A program made the translations under genes and the position numbers. Positions 1-9,708 of a DNA stretch of 64,000 nt are shown one piece after another. The stretch is from an uncultured Clostridia bacterium. GTDB lineage: Bacteria; Bacillota; Clostridia; TANB77; CAG-508. The notes beneath the pieces were generated by a model. That model made no database searches. It was not told the DNA's origin and saw nothing but the letters and a program-made list of their open reading frames with translations. Where the stretch lies: positions 621-64,620 of the forward strand of contig CAMKSF010000005.1 in assembly GCA_946415375.1 (NCBI GenBank), given 5' to 3'. Within the stretch, counting starts at the first letter, position 1; each line of letters starts with the position of its first letter.

Positions 1-485
1 TCTATGCTTGTTAAACTACTGCATTCAGCAAATGCTCTACTTCCTATACTTGTTACACTGCTTGGTATTGTTATACTTGTTAAACTACTACATCCATAAA
101 ATGCAGAAGTTCCTATACTTGTTACACCTTTTTCTATTATTACTTTTTCAATTATTTTCTCATATTTACTATTATGCCAATTCTCATTTGAGCCAGATAC
201 CCAATCTTTCATCTCTCCATTACCAGAAATAATAATAGTTCTATCCTCTAAAGTCCATTTGGCAATTACACTTCCATCTCCATTTTTTGAGATATCCCAT
301 GTTTCTTCTTCCTTTATCTCATAATCAGTTCCTATCTCTTCTGTTTGTTCACCTGTTGATTCTCCTGATGAGCCTGTACCTCCTGATTCAGTTCCATCTG
401 CCGCATAAGAAATAATTGGTGAATTTAATGTAATTAGCATACTAATCAAAATGATTATTGCAGTTAGTTTTTTTAGTAGTTTCAT
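1..485 (-). CDS. N-terminal part of a secreted leucine-rich-repeat (BspA-type) surface protein; the gene runs off the window start
   Basis: The minus-strand ATG at 483-485 is preceded by an AAAGGGGAAAAG ribosome-binding site. The translation [31 protein letters not shown] is a signal peptide, followed by repeated ...[25 protein letters not shown] leucine-rich-repeat units. There is no stop codon before position 1. Confidence 0.6.
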   Translation of the reverse strand, partial: MKLLKKLTAIIILISMLITLNSPIISYAADGTESGGTGSSGESTGEQTEEIGTDYEIKEEETWDISKNGDGSVIAKWTLEDRTIIISGNGEMKDWVSGSNENWHNSKYEKIIEKVIIEKGVTSIGTSAFYGCSSLTSITIPSSVTSIGSRAFAECSSLTSI

Positions 486-852
486 ATCTTTTCCCCTTTC
501 GTGTTTTTTCTTATATTTATATCTAATTTAATTATATCAACTTATTTTTCCATTTCAATATCTTTTTTTAGTCATTATTAAAAGCCCCACCGATTACTTT
601 ACGGAAGGACTTTTCGCAGATTTATTAAAATTATATTACATTTTCAAGTCTTTTTTATTACTTTTATATATTTTTTCTTATTAATGTAAAGTTCTATAAT
701 TTAGTTTAAGCTAAAATTGTATTTTCCCTATGTACTGTTTACTTTATCTTTTTAATGAATTAAAAAGGTGCCTAAAAAGTTATAAATCTATATATGGTTT
801 TTATTATTATTCACGTTTTTCATACCTACTTTTATACTATTTTTCACTTTTT

Positions 853-1845
853 TTATATTTTATGTTTCAAAATATATCCAATTTGTATTATACCTAAATA
901 TCCAAACACTGGAAATAATAATTTTACCAAATTTGAAAAACCAAAATTTGAAATCAGCACTCCACTTATACACATTATTGCCACAATTTGTGGATAATTA
1001 TTTTTGTTTTTTGCAATATTTTTTAAAAAACTGATTCCAATTGATATTGCAGTTGAAAATATAGACAGTAAAATCACAATTCCATATATCCATAAAAAAT
1101 TAGGAAATTTTGTATCTATTACATATACAGCCGGCATCTCCAAGTTATCAAAACTTATATTAACATTTGTTAACCATAAAAAAATACTAATTGCTAGAAA
1201 AAATACAATAAATCCACTTGCAATTGCAATCAACTTTATTTGTTTTTTATTCTTAATATACTTTTTTAAGCCAACTAAAACTGGGATAACTAAAATCATG
1301 TTATAACTGCAATAAACAATCGCCTGTATAATCCAGCTGTAATTGTTTTTTAAACTAATTTTATTAATATCTATATTTTTGATGTTCATAAAACTTATAA
1401 TTAATATAATGCATATCAAAATAGGAACAACAATAGAATTTACTTTTTTTACTCCTTCTATGTCTTTTATTAAAACAAAAAAACAAATTATTGCCAAAAT
1501 AAATGTCCCTATTATACTATTTATTTGAAATCTCTGTTCAAAATATGCCCCAAAGCCTGAAAGCATAATATAAAACGTTATTAATAAAAAAGCATTTATA
1601 ACTATATTGGAAATCTTTATAATTATTTTTGATTTAAAAATTTTACTTAAAAATTCTTCATATGTAGTTATTTTGTTTTTATAGATAATTAAAAATGTTT
1701 TATATGTTATTATTCCAATTAGTACACTACACAGTACTAATCCCATTATTCCATTCAGTCCATATCTATAAAAAAACAAATATATTTCCTGACCAGATGC
1801 AAATCCTGCACCTATTAATGTTCCTATTATTGAAAAAAGTATCAT
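853..1845 (-). CDS. YkvI-family polytopic membrane protein (putative transporter)
   Basis: 330 aa with multiple transmembrane helices and the N-terminal GAGFASGQEI motif typical of YkvI-like proteins. An AGGAGAA ribosome-binding site precedes the start. Confidence 0.55.
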   Translation of the reverse strand: MILFSIIGTLIGAGFASGQEIYLFFYRYGLNGIMGLVLCSVLIGIITYKTFLIIYKNKITTYEEFLSKIFKSKIIIKISNIVINAFLLITFYIMLSGFGAYFEQRFQINSIIGTFILAIICFFVLIKDIEGVKKVNSIVVPILICIILIISFMNIKNIDINKISLKNNYSWIIQAIVYCSYNMILVIPVLVGLKKYIKNKKQIKLIAIASGFIVFFLAISIFLWLTNVNISFDNLEMPAVYVIDTKFPNFLWIYGIVILLSIFSTAISIGISFLKNIAKNKNNYPQIVAIMCISGVLISNFGFSNLVKLLFPVFGYLGIIQIGYILKHKI

Positions 1846-1986
1846 AGTATTCTCCTATTTTATTATTCTAATATTATTTTACTATTCTGCAACTATTCTT
1901 TTTTATAATTCAAATTAATAAAATCTCCTTTTTTAATACTTTTATACTCTTGTTTTAATTTTCTTATTAAATTATATTGATTTTAC

Positions 1987-2015
1987 TTGACTTTATGTAT
2001 TTTTTATGTTATTAT
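1987..2015 (+). promoter_or_regulatory. sigma-70-like promoter (TTGACT, 17-nt spacer, TATTAT) upstream of tRNA-Arg
   Basis: The hexamers and their spacing were read directly from the sequence. The tRNA starts about 17 nt downstream. Confidence 0.35.
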
Positions 2016-2032
2016 ATATCTGTTATTGATTT

Positions 2033-2109
<77 letters not shown>

Positions 2110-2147
2110 AACATAACTTATACAGACCCTTAGTGGTATGAGAATAA

Positions 2148-2177
2148 AAATATCAGTTTTAAACTGATATTTTTTTA
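2148..2177 (+). terminator. rho-independent terminator after tRNA-Arg
   Basis: Perfect inverted repeat aaatatcagttt/aaactgatattt followed by a run of seven T residues. Confidence 0.6.
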
Positions 2178-2271
2178 TTATATATAAAAACTACCACCAT
2201 TTGAAATGTTCTAATGCACAAAATCGACATAAAACCATTGGAATAGTATAATAACATATAGGAGTTATAAC

Positions 2272-3037
2272 ATGAGTGATAATACTTTAACAGATGCAGA
2301 AAAAATTAGAGAGTATTTTAGAAACTTTTTAGATATATATGTTTTAGCCGCTAATAAATCTAAATTACCTGTCAATAAAGAACGATTACAATCAATTATA
2401 GATAACGCAGAATTTATGACCTTTGAAAGTTCTAATACAACAGGTACTTTTTCTGTAAATAGGAGTTTAATACAAGTTATTATAAATAACTTTTTAAAAA
2501 AATGGAGTTGATAGAAATAACTTCTTATTATTACATGAGTATGCATATTTAGATAGTGGTGTTAATGAAGATTTATTTGCAAACCAAAATGCGCTTTTAC
2601 AACGATTAAATTAGAAAGCTATGAAATCACAAGAAAAAAATGCAACAGGAATTAATGCTTATTATGTAATAATGCCCTTAGATGAAGTTTTAGCACAATG
2701 GACTTGTGAAGAATTAAACGATGCTTTAAACGGTAAAAAAAAAGAGAATACACGAAATTCCAAGCGGTCCATTAGATTCTAATGTAAAATTTTGATCTAT
2801 AAAGATATTAGAGAGTTTGCTACAGTTGTTCTAGCATCAGATAAAGGTATCTTTGATTCAATTCAAGGAAAAGACTTTGAAAAACTATGTCAAATAGGTA
2901 TTATATGTAAAGCTATATATAAAGAAAATGGTTTTTCTAATGCTACTGTTTCAAAAGAGGATGTAGAACAGGCATATTCTAGTATATACCAAGAATCTGA
3001 TTTTGGTGAAAACAGTGGTGGAAATGAACGTATGTAA
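2272..3037 (+). pseudogene. decayed gene broken into at least four short ORFs in different frames, immediately downstream of tRNA-Arg
   Basis: Successive ORFs of 79, about 38, about 52 and 81 aa occupy shifting frames with short gaps. The frame breaks coincide with A-runs (ttaaaaaaatgg; ggtaaaaaaaaag). Each piece has plausible protein-like composition and no ribosome-binding site of its own. Confidence 0.4.
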
Positions 3038-3054
3038 GTTTTGTTTTTCGAGCC

Positions 3055-3083
3055 ATTTTTGACACATTATGTAAAATATGATA
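3055..3083 (+). promoter_or_regulatory. consensus sigma-70 promoter (TTGACA, 17-nt spacer, TATAAT) driving the small higher-GC ORF
   Basis: Exact consensus hexamers with a 17-nt spacer. About 95 nt of leader follow, containing the inverted repeat tctgctg-acattgc-cagcaga just before the ribosome-binding site. Confidence 0.6.
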
Positions 3084-3179
3084 TAATTATAGTATAAAAC
3101 TCGCTGGTATATCGAGAAAACAATTATACCACTTTTAGTCTGCTGACATTGCCAGCAGATAAAAGGAAAAGGAGACGAG

Positions 3180-3404
3180 ATGACGACATATACTTATTCG
3201 TACACCGGCACCCCAGATGAGATTATCAACATAAATTTCGTAGGTGATCTCGACATTGATGTGACTTTTAAAGGTCACGGTTTGTTTCGCGTAAATCGAA
3301 TTTTTAGCCAGTCAGCTTTTTCAGCTTTGGCTAAAATGCAAGCGGGACAAAAAGTTCTGTTGGCACAAGATAAGAATCGAGTTATGTGGGTCAAACCGGT
3401 GTAA
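3180..3404 (+). CDS. hypothetical 74-aa protein on a locally higher-GC (about 42%) segment; likely horizontally acquired
   Basis: A strong AAAGGAGA ribosome-binding site precedes the ATG. The ORF sits between a consensus promoter and a GC-rich terminator. Its composition differs sharply from the flanking DNA, which is about 25% GC. Confidence 0.5.
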   Translation: MTTYTYSYTGTPDEIININFVGDLDIDVTFKGHGLFRVNRIFSQSAFSALAKMQAGQKVLLAQDKNRVMWVKPV

Positions 3405-3416
3405 CTCATCCTTTTA

Positions 3417-3450
3417 GGAGAAGCCGTTTTCGGCTTCTCCTTTTCCTTTT
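3417..3450 (+). terminator. rho-independent terminator
   Basis: ggagaagccg-tttt-cggcttctcc is a perfect 10-bp GC-rich stem, followed by a T-rich tract. Confidence 0.8.
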
Positions 3451-3723
3451 ATAATTATAGAACTTGTTCTAACACTTAAGTTATATTATGCAATTTAAAT
3501 TTTAAGATAGTAGTTTTAATTAACAACTATCTTTTTACTCTTCAATCAACTCTACAATATAGTCTTTCCAGTTTCTTATTGTCCAATATTTTATTATTTT
3601 TTTCATCTTATCATTTTTTGCTCTCTTCTTTCTGTAGGTATAAAGTGAATATTACATTTCTTTATGTATTGTTGAATAGTTTTTTTCTATCAGTCTATAC
3701 TAAAATCATAAGGATGTGATAAA

Positions 3724-5238
3724 ATGAATTCATTATGGATTTCCAAAGTAAAAAAATCTATAACAGAAAAGCAAATTGATGATAACTATTCTTCTGATGT
3801 TTGCATCATTGGTGCAGGAGTCACAGGATTAACTACTGCATATTATTTGGTCAAAAGTGGATTAAAAGTGATTATTATTGATAAATCAGGTATCGGTGAA
3901 AAAGCATCTGGTCATACAACAGCAAAAATTACTTTACAGCATGGTTTAATATATGATTATTTGATAAATACTTATGGTTATAATTTCGCTATAAACTATT
4001 TTAGGGCAAATAAAAAAGCTATATCAAATATAAAAGAAATAATAGATACTGAAAACATTGACTGTGATTTTGAGTTTAAAAATAATTATATTTACACAAC
4101 ATCCCAAAGCGAAATCACCAAAATTCAAAATGAGATAGCTGCAATTAATAACCTTTCAAATTCAGACTATGCAAGTTTTCTATCTGATGTTGATTTGCCT
4201 TTTAAAGTAGAAGGTACAATAAAAACCAAAAATCAAGCACAATTTAATCCAGTAAAGTATATGTACGGACTTGCAAACTCTATTTTAAATAGTGGTGGAC
4301 AAATATTGACAAATTCTCCTGTCTTTGACGTACAACAAAATGATACTGGATATATAACTTATTCGGGCGATTATGCAATAAAATCAAAATATTTAGTTAT
4401 TGCCTCCCATTACCCTTTCATTAATTTTCCTGGTTTTTATTTTTCAAAAATGTATCAATCAACTTCTTATGCAATTGCAATTGAAACAAATAAAAAAATA
4501 CCTGATGGAATGTATATAACTACATGTGATCCTATTTTATCTTTTCGTACAGCTAAGCATAATGAAAAAGATTTACTCATTTTATCTGGAGGAGATCATA
4601 AAACTGGTTATTCACCTGAAAGTGAGCTCTTTTATGGTTATAACTATTTAGAGCAAGAAGCAAAAAAATATTATCCTGATTGTAAAATATTATATAAATG
4701 GGATACTCGTGATTGCATAACTCTTGATAAAGTTCCATATATTGGTGAGTTTTCAAAGTTTATGCCGAATGCATATGTTGCAACTGGTTTTAACAAATGG
4801 GGAATGACCTCATCTAATATAGCTGCTAATATTATAAAAGATAAAATCTTAGGTCAAAAAAATATATTTGCAGACACTTTTGATTCTAGTAGATTTAAGC
4901 CTATAAAAAATAGAAGCGAACTAAAAAATATGGCCAGTCAAGTTTTTAAGTCATTTGTAAGCAATAGACTAAAAATCCCTGAAAAAGATTTGTCCTCTAT
5001 AAAAAATTATAATGGCGGTATTATCCACTTTAACGGAACTGATATTGGCATATATAAAGATAAAAATGGTAAGATTTATGCAGTTAACCCAACTTGTACC
5101 CATCTTGGTTGTTTGCTTACTTGGAATAATGTTGACAAAACATGGGATTGTCCTTGTCATGGATCAAGATTTGATTATAAAGGTAAAAACTTATACGATC
5201 CTGCTTTTAGAGATTTGGATACTTATGGAATAAACTGA
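3724..5238 (+). CDS. FAD-dependent oxidoreductase with a C-terminal Rieske [2Fe-2S] domain (YhfW-like)
   Basis: The N-terminal dinucleotide-binding motif is CIIGAGVTGLTTAYYL. The C-terminal Rieske motifs are CTHLGC ... CPCHGS. Confidence 0.8.
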   Translation: MNSLWISKVKKSITEKQIDDNYSSDVCIIGAGVTGLTTAYYLVKSGLKVIIIDKSGIGEKASGHTTAKITLQHGLIYDYLINTYGYNFAINYFRANKKAISNIKEIIDTENIDCDFEFKNNYIYTTSQSEITKIQNEIAAINNLSNSDYASFLSDVDLPFKVEGTIKTKNQAQFNPVKYMYGLANSILNSGGQILTNSPVFDVQQNDTGYITYSGDYAIKSKYLVIASHYPFINFPGFYFSKMYQSTSYAIAIETNKKIPDGMYITTCDPILSFRTAKHNEKDLLILSGGDHKTGYSPESELFYGYNYLEQEAKKYYPDCKILYKWDTRDCITLDKVPYIGEFSKFMPNAYVATGFNKWGMTSSNIAANIIKDKILGQKNIFADTFDSSRFKPIKNRSELKNMASQVFKSFVSNRLKIPEKDLSSIKNYNGGIIHFNGTDIGIYKDKNGKIYAVNPTCTHLGCLLTWNNVDKTWDCPCHGSRFDYKGKNLYDPAFRDLDTYGIN

Positions 5239-5311
5239 TATCTTTTTAATTAAATACTATTGACAAAAATTCTATTCTGTATTACAACGTATTACAAAGG
5301 AGGTTGATTTT

Positions 5312-5530
5312 ATGACAATTTCTGTAAGGCTAAGCGAAGAAGATACAAACATTATAAAAGCATATGCAGCTATGAATAATATTTCTTTATCGGATTTAAT
5401 AAGAAATGCTATAATGGAAAAAATTGAAAATGAATATGATTTAGAATGTTATGAAAAAGCTATTAAGAAATATAAAGCCAACCCAAAAACTTATTCTATG
5501 GGAGAAGTAAAAAAGGAGTTGGGACTATAA
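5312..5530 (+). CDS. RelB/DinJ-family (ribbon-helix-helix) type II antitoxin
   Basis: 72 aa. An AGGAGG ribosome-binding site precedes the start. The N-terminal SVRLSEEDTNIIKAYAAMNNISLSDLIR is typical of these antitoxins. Its stop codon overlaps the start of the downstream toxin gene. Confidence 0.7.
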   Translation: MTISVRLSEEDTNIIKAYAAMNNISLSDLIRNAIMEKIENEYDLECYEKAIKKYKANPKTYSMGEVKKELGL

Positions 5531-5800
5531 TTGAAATACAAAGTAGTTTTTTCAGAAAATGCATTAAAGCAATTAAAAAAATTAGATAAATATATTTCTG
5601 TATTAATAATTGGATGGATTGATAAAAATCTTGAAGGTACTAGTAATCCAAGACAACATAGCAAAGCTCTTGTAGCTAATAGAGATGGTCAATGGCGATA
5701 TAGAATAGGTGATTACAGAGCTATATGTGAAATCCAAGATAGTAAAATAACTATTTTGGTATTAGAAATAGGACATCTAAGAAATATTTATACTAACTAA
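5531..5800 (+). CDS. RelE/ParE-family type II toxin
   Basis: 89 aa with a TTG start overlapping the antitoxin stop (taattg). It carries the RelE-like motifs ...LKKLDK... and QWRYRIGDYRAICEI...ILVLEIGHR. Confidence 0.75.
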   Translation: MKYKVVFSENALKQLKKLDKYISVLIIGWIDKNLEGTSNPRQHSKALVANRDGQWRYRIGDYRAICEIQDSKITILVLEIGHLRNIYTN

Positions 5801-5817
5801 TCACTATTTATAAGAAA

Positions 5818-5855
5818 AGAGACAAAGATTATAAAAAATCTCCGTCTCTTTTTTA
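5818..5855. terminator. bidirectional hairpin terminator between the convergent relE and thrS genes
   Basis: The stem agagac...gtctct is followed by TTTTTT on the plus strand. Confidence 0.5.
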
Positions 5856-7613
5856 TTATTTTGCTTTATTTAAAAATTCCTCAACTTTCATTGCTCCAAT
5901 GTCCCCTTCTCCTCTTGAACGTACACCAACTGTATTTGATTCTTGTTCCTTATCTCCAATAATTAACATATATGGAACTTTTGAAAGTTGTGCTTCCCTT
6001 ATTTTATATCCTATTTTTTCACTTCTAGAATCAACTTCAACCCTTAAATTATGTTTTTGTAATTCTTCTTTTATTTTATTTGCATAGTCTAAATGTCTAT
6101 CTGCGATAGGAAGTATTTTAACTTGTTTTGGACATAGCCAGAAAGGTAGATTTCCTTTTGTTTCTTCTATTAAGAAAGAAATAAATCTATCTGAAGTTCC
6201 AAGTATTGCTCTATGGATTACAACTGGTCTATGTGCTTCTCCATCTTCACCTACATACTCTAGTTCAAATCTTTCTGGTAAAGCAAAGTCTAATTGACAT
6301 GTTGGAATCGTTACATCATGTCCAAGTGCTGTCTTAATCTGAATGTCAATTTTTGGCCCATAAAAAGCCGCTTCTCCTTCTGCTTCATAGAACTCTATAT
6401 CCAATTCCTTTAGTATTTCTCTTAACCCACTTTCTGCTGTCTCCCACATTTCATCATTATCTATATATTTTTCTTTATTTGCTTTATCTCTTAAAGAAAG
6501 TCTAAATTTAAAGCTATCTCTTGAAAATCCAAAGTCTTTTATATATACTTCAAAAATCAAATTAATTACTTTTCCAACTTCTTCTTTAATTTGATCTGGT
6601 CTTACAAAAAGATGAGCATCATTTTGACACATTTGGCGAACTCTTTCTAATCCGCAAACAGCACCAGAATTTTCATATCTAAAGTCATGTGCTAATTCTC
6701 CAATTTTTATAGGCAAATCTCTGTATGATCTCATATCACTCTTATATATTAACATATGATGTGGACAATTCATTGGTCGTAATACTAATTCTTCATTATC
6801 CATTTTCATCATTGGGAACATATCTTCTTTATAGTGATCCCAATGTCCACTAGTTTTATATAGATTTACTGTTGCTAAACTTGGTGTATATACGTGCCAA
6901 TATCCTAAAGCTAATTCTTTGTCTTGAATATATCTTTCTAAAACTCTTCTAATCGTTGCTCCATCTGGTAAATACATAGGTAATCCTGCTCCAACTAATG
7001 GATGTGTCATAAATAATTTTAAGTCTTTTCCTATTTTTCTGTGATCTCTTGCTTGTCTTTCTTCAAGAAGTGTCATATATTCATCTAACTCGCTTGCCTT
7101 TGGAAATGAAATAGCATAAATTCTTTGAAGCATTTTGTTTTTTTCACTACCCTTCCAATATGCACCTGAATTATTTAATAGTTTTACCGCTTTTACACAG
7201 CCCGTTGATGGTAAATGTGGTCCTCTACAAAGATCAGTAAATTCCCCTTGTTTATAGAAAGAAATTACTTCTCCTTCTGGTAATTCTTCTATAAGTTCAA
7301 CTTTATATGGTTCATCTTTTTCTTTCATTAATTTTATTGCTTCATCTCTTGGAAGTTCAAATCTCTCTATTGGTAAATCTTCTTTAATAATTTTTTTCAT
7401 TTCTTCTTCAATTTTTTCTTTGTCTTCATCTGTAAATGGTCTTTCGACATCAAAATCATAATAAAACCCTTCATCTATTGCAGGTCCTATTGCAAGTTTT
7501 GCTTTTGGAAATAATCTTTTTACAGCTTGTGCCATTATATGAGAAGTTGTATGCCAATACATACTTTCTTCTACTTCAGCTGTTTTTCCTCCTCCTAATT
7601 TGATTTTAAACAT
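5856..7613 (-). CDS. thrS: threonyl-tRNA synthetase lacking the N-terminal TGS domain
   Basis: 585 aa. Class II ThrRS motifs are present, including HTTSH (the editing-domain HxxxH) and HRAILGTSDRFISFLIEE, with an anticodon-binding tail. The protein starts only about 20 aa before the HxxxH motif. An AAAGGAGG ribosome-binding site sits immediately upstream, only 28 bp after the maf stop codon. Confidence 0.85.
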   Translation of the reverse strand: MFKIKLGGGKTAEVEESMYWHTTSHIMAQAVKRLFPKAKLAIGPAIDEGFYYDFDVERPFTDEDKEKIEEEMKKIIKEDLPIERFELPRDEAIKLMKEKDEPYKVELIEELPEGEVISFYKQGEFTDLCRGPHLPSTGCVKAVKLLNNSGAYWKGSEKNKMLQRIYAISFPKASELDEYMTLLEERQARDHRKIGKDLKLFMTHPLVGAGLPMYLPDGATIRRVLERYIQDKELALGYWHVYTPSLATVNLYKTSGHWDHYKEDMFPMMKMDNEELVLRPMNCPHHMLIYKSDMRSYRDLPIKIGELAHDFRYENSGAVCGLERVRQMCQNDAHLFVRPDQIKEEVGKVINLIFEVYIKDFGFSRDSFKFRLSLRDKANKEKYIDNDEMWETAESGLREILKELDIEFYEAEGEAAFYGPKIDIQIKTALGHDVTIPTCQLDFALPERFELEYVGEDGEAHRPVVIHRAILGTSDRFISFLIEETKGNLPFWLCPKQVKILPIADRHLDYANKIKEELQKHNLRVEVDSRSEKIGYKIREAQLSKVPYMLIIGDKEQESNTVGVRSRGEGDIGAMKVEEFLNKAK

Positions 7614-7641
7614 ATAAATTCCTCCTTTTTATATTATAATT

Positions 7642-8232
7642 TTAAATAATATTTTCATTTTTTAATATATCATATAATTTACTTACTGGTAGACCTACTA
7701 TTGCCATATAGTCCCCTTCTATTTTTTCTACATGTACTCCAAATTCTTCCTGCATTGCATAGGCTCCCGCTTTATCTAATGCCTTTCCTGTATCTACCCA
7801 TTTTTCGATTTCTTCATCAGATATTTCTTTTAAAAATATTTTTGATTTTTCATAAGTTTTATATTCTTTATATTTTCCATTTTTATTAATAATAACAACT
7901 AACCCCGAGATTACCTCGTGGGTTCGATCACCCTCTAAAAGTTCTTTTATCATTTCTATTGCATTTTGCCTATCTTTCGGTTTTCCATATTTTTTTCTAT
8001 TTTTAACAACTAACGTATCTGCTGCAATTATCACTCTTTCACCATTTGTAATATTATTTACAGCTTTTCCTTTTAAATATGCAATTTCTTGAACTTGCTC
8101 TTCTATGGGTAAACTTTCATCTGCAATTTCTTCAACATCTCTTACAATTATTTCAAAATCTTTTGTTATCATTTTTAATAATTCTTTTCTTCTTGGTGAA
8201 CTAGAAGCTAAAATAATTCTCATTCTCCTCAC
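7642..8232 (-). CDS. maf: Maf-family nucleoside triphosphate pyrophosphatase
   Basis: Maf signature motifs are present: ILASSSPRRKELL, AADTLV and GAYAMQE. Confidence 0.85.
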   Translation of the reverse strand: MRRMRIILASSSPRRKELLKMITKDFEIIVRDVEEIADESLPIEEQVQEIAYLKGKAVNNITNGERVIIAADTLVVKNRKKYGKPKDRQNAIEMIKELLEGDRTHEVISGLVVIINKNGKYKEYKTYEKSKIFLKEISDEEIEKWVDTGKALDKAGAYAMQEEFGVHVEKIEGDYMAIVGLPVSKLYDILKNENII

Positions 8233-8480
8233 TTCCCTTCAAAAAAACACTCCTACAGATATTTCTATCTATAGGAGTGCTTATATTACACGGTTCCATC
8301 CATTATTTTACTTAATTATTAGATTATAACGTATCTTGCACGTCTAGTTTATTCGCTAGAAATATAAAGAGGTAGTTTTTCAAATAGTTTTACTTAAACT
8401 AGCTTACAGCCGGTGACTAGTTCTCTCTTAAAGCAATTTCTATTTTACTTTGTCTCTTATTATTTTTATCTTATGCTAAT
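8233..8480 (-). promoter_or_regulatory. candidate T-box leader (Thr-type) with its own promoter and an intrinsic terminator, upstream of maf-thrS
   Basis: On the minus strand a promoter reads TTGACA, 17-nt spacer, TAATAT (plus coordinates 8481-8509). The leader contains AAUAAUGGAUGGAACCGUG, which resembles the T-box consensus AAUUAGGGUGGNACCGCG; its UGGA matches the UCCA 3' end of the tRNA-Thr in this window. The terminator gcactcctataga...tctgtaggagtg plus TTTTTTT lies at 8241-8280, followed by a GGAGAATG start. Confidence 0.45.
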
Positions 8481-8516
8481 ATATTACTACTTTTTTTTGC
8501 TTTTGTCAAATATTTT

Positions 8517-9578
8517 TTATTCTTCTTCACCTTTTAATTTTTCTGCATTATCTGCTGCAATTAGATTATCTATCATTTCGTCTAAATCACCATTTAAGAA
8601 ATTTTCAAATTGATAAACACTCATTCCAATTCTATGATCTGTAATTCTTCCTTGTGGGTAATTATATGTTCTAATCTTTTCACTTCTATCCCCAGAACCA
8701 ACCTGTGATTTTCTTGTGTTTGCAATTTCTGAATCTTGTTTATTTTTTTCTATTTCATAAAGTCTTGACTTTAATAAATTCATCGCATATTCTCTATTTT
8801 GTACCTGTGATCTTTGTGTTTGACATTCTGCAACCATTCCAGTTGGAATATGTATTAATCTTACGGCTGATGAGGTTTTATTAATATGTTGTCCACCTGC
8901 TCCTGATGCTCTAAAAACTTCCATTTTTATATCTGCCGGATTTATATCTATTTCTACGTCTTCAACTACTGGAAGTACTGCAACAGTTGCTGCTGATGTA
9001 TGAATTCTTCCGCTGCTTTCTGTATCTGGAACTCTTTGTACTCTATGAACTCCACTTTCAAATTTTAGTCTGCTATACGCTCCTTTTCCTGTAACCATAA
9101 AAGAAATTTCTTTATATCCACCAAGCTCTGTTTCATTTTCATTTAATATTTCTATCTTCCAGTGTTTTCTTTCTGCATACATAGAATACATTCTAAATAG
9201 TGTTCCTGCAAAAAGTGCTGCTTCTTCTCCTCCTGCTCCACCACGAATTTCACATATAACACTTTTATCATCATTTGGGTCTTTAGGAATTAAAAGAATT
9301 TTTAATTCTTCTTCAATACTTGCTAGTTTCTCCTTTGATGAATAATACTCTTCTTCTGCAAGTTCTTTTAATTCACTGTCATTCATCATTTCTTCGGCTT
9401 CTTTCATATCATTGATTGTTTGCTTATATTCTCTATATTTAGTTACTACATCTTCTATTGAACTATGTTCTTTTACTAGCTTTCTCCATTCATTATTATC
9501 AGCAATAACTGCTGGATCACTTATTTTTGTTGTTAATTCTTCATAACGTTTTTCTACTGACTCTAATTTTTCAAACAT
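8517..9578 (-). CDS. prfA: peptide chain release factor 1
   Basis: GGQ motif in [20 protein letters not shown] and an RF1-type P-D-T tripeptide in [21 protein letters not shown]. Length 353 aa. Confidence 0.9.
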   Translation of the reverse strand: MFEKLESVEKRYEELTTKISDPAVIADNNEWRKLVKEHSSIEDVVTKYREYKQTINDMKEAEEMMNDSELKELAEEEYYSSKEKLASIEEELKILLIPKDPNDDKSVICEIRGGAGGEEAALFAGTLFRMYSMYAERKHWKIEILNENETELGGYKEISFMVTGKGAYSRLKFESGVHRVQRVPDTESSGRIHTSAATVAVLPVVEDVEIDINPADIKMEVFRASGAGGQHINKTSSAVRLIHIPTGMVAECQTQRSQVQNREYAMNLLKSRLYEIEKNKQDSEIANTRKSQVGSGDRSEKIRTYNYPQGRITDHRIGMSVYQFENFLNGDLDEMIDNLIAADNAEKLKGEEE

Positions 9579-9708
9579 TATAATCTCCCTCTCATATAAA
9601 TATACTTATATTATACTATATAATTGCTTAATTTTCAAGGCTTTTTTAGCTATAAAAAAACTACTAGTTCTTCTTTACTAATAGTTTTTTTATTGTAATT
9701 AAAATTTA

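Noticed and set aside
8105-8613. Plus-strand ORFs 8105-8329 and 8413-8613
   Set aside because: They overlap the minus-strand T-box leader, its promoter and the maf 5' end, and are low-complexity.
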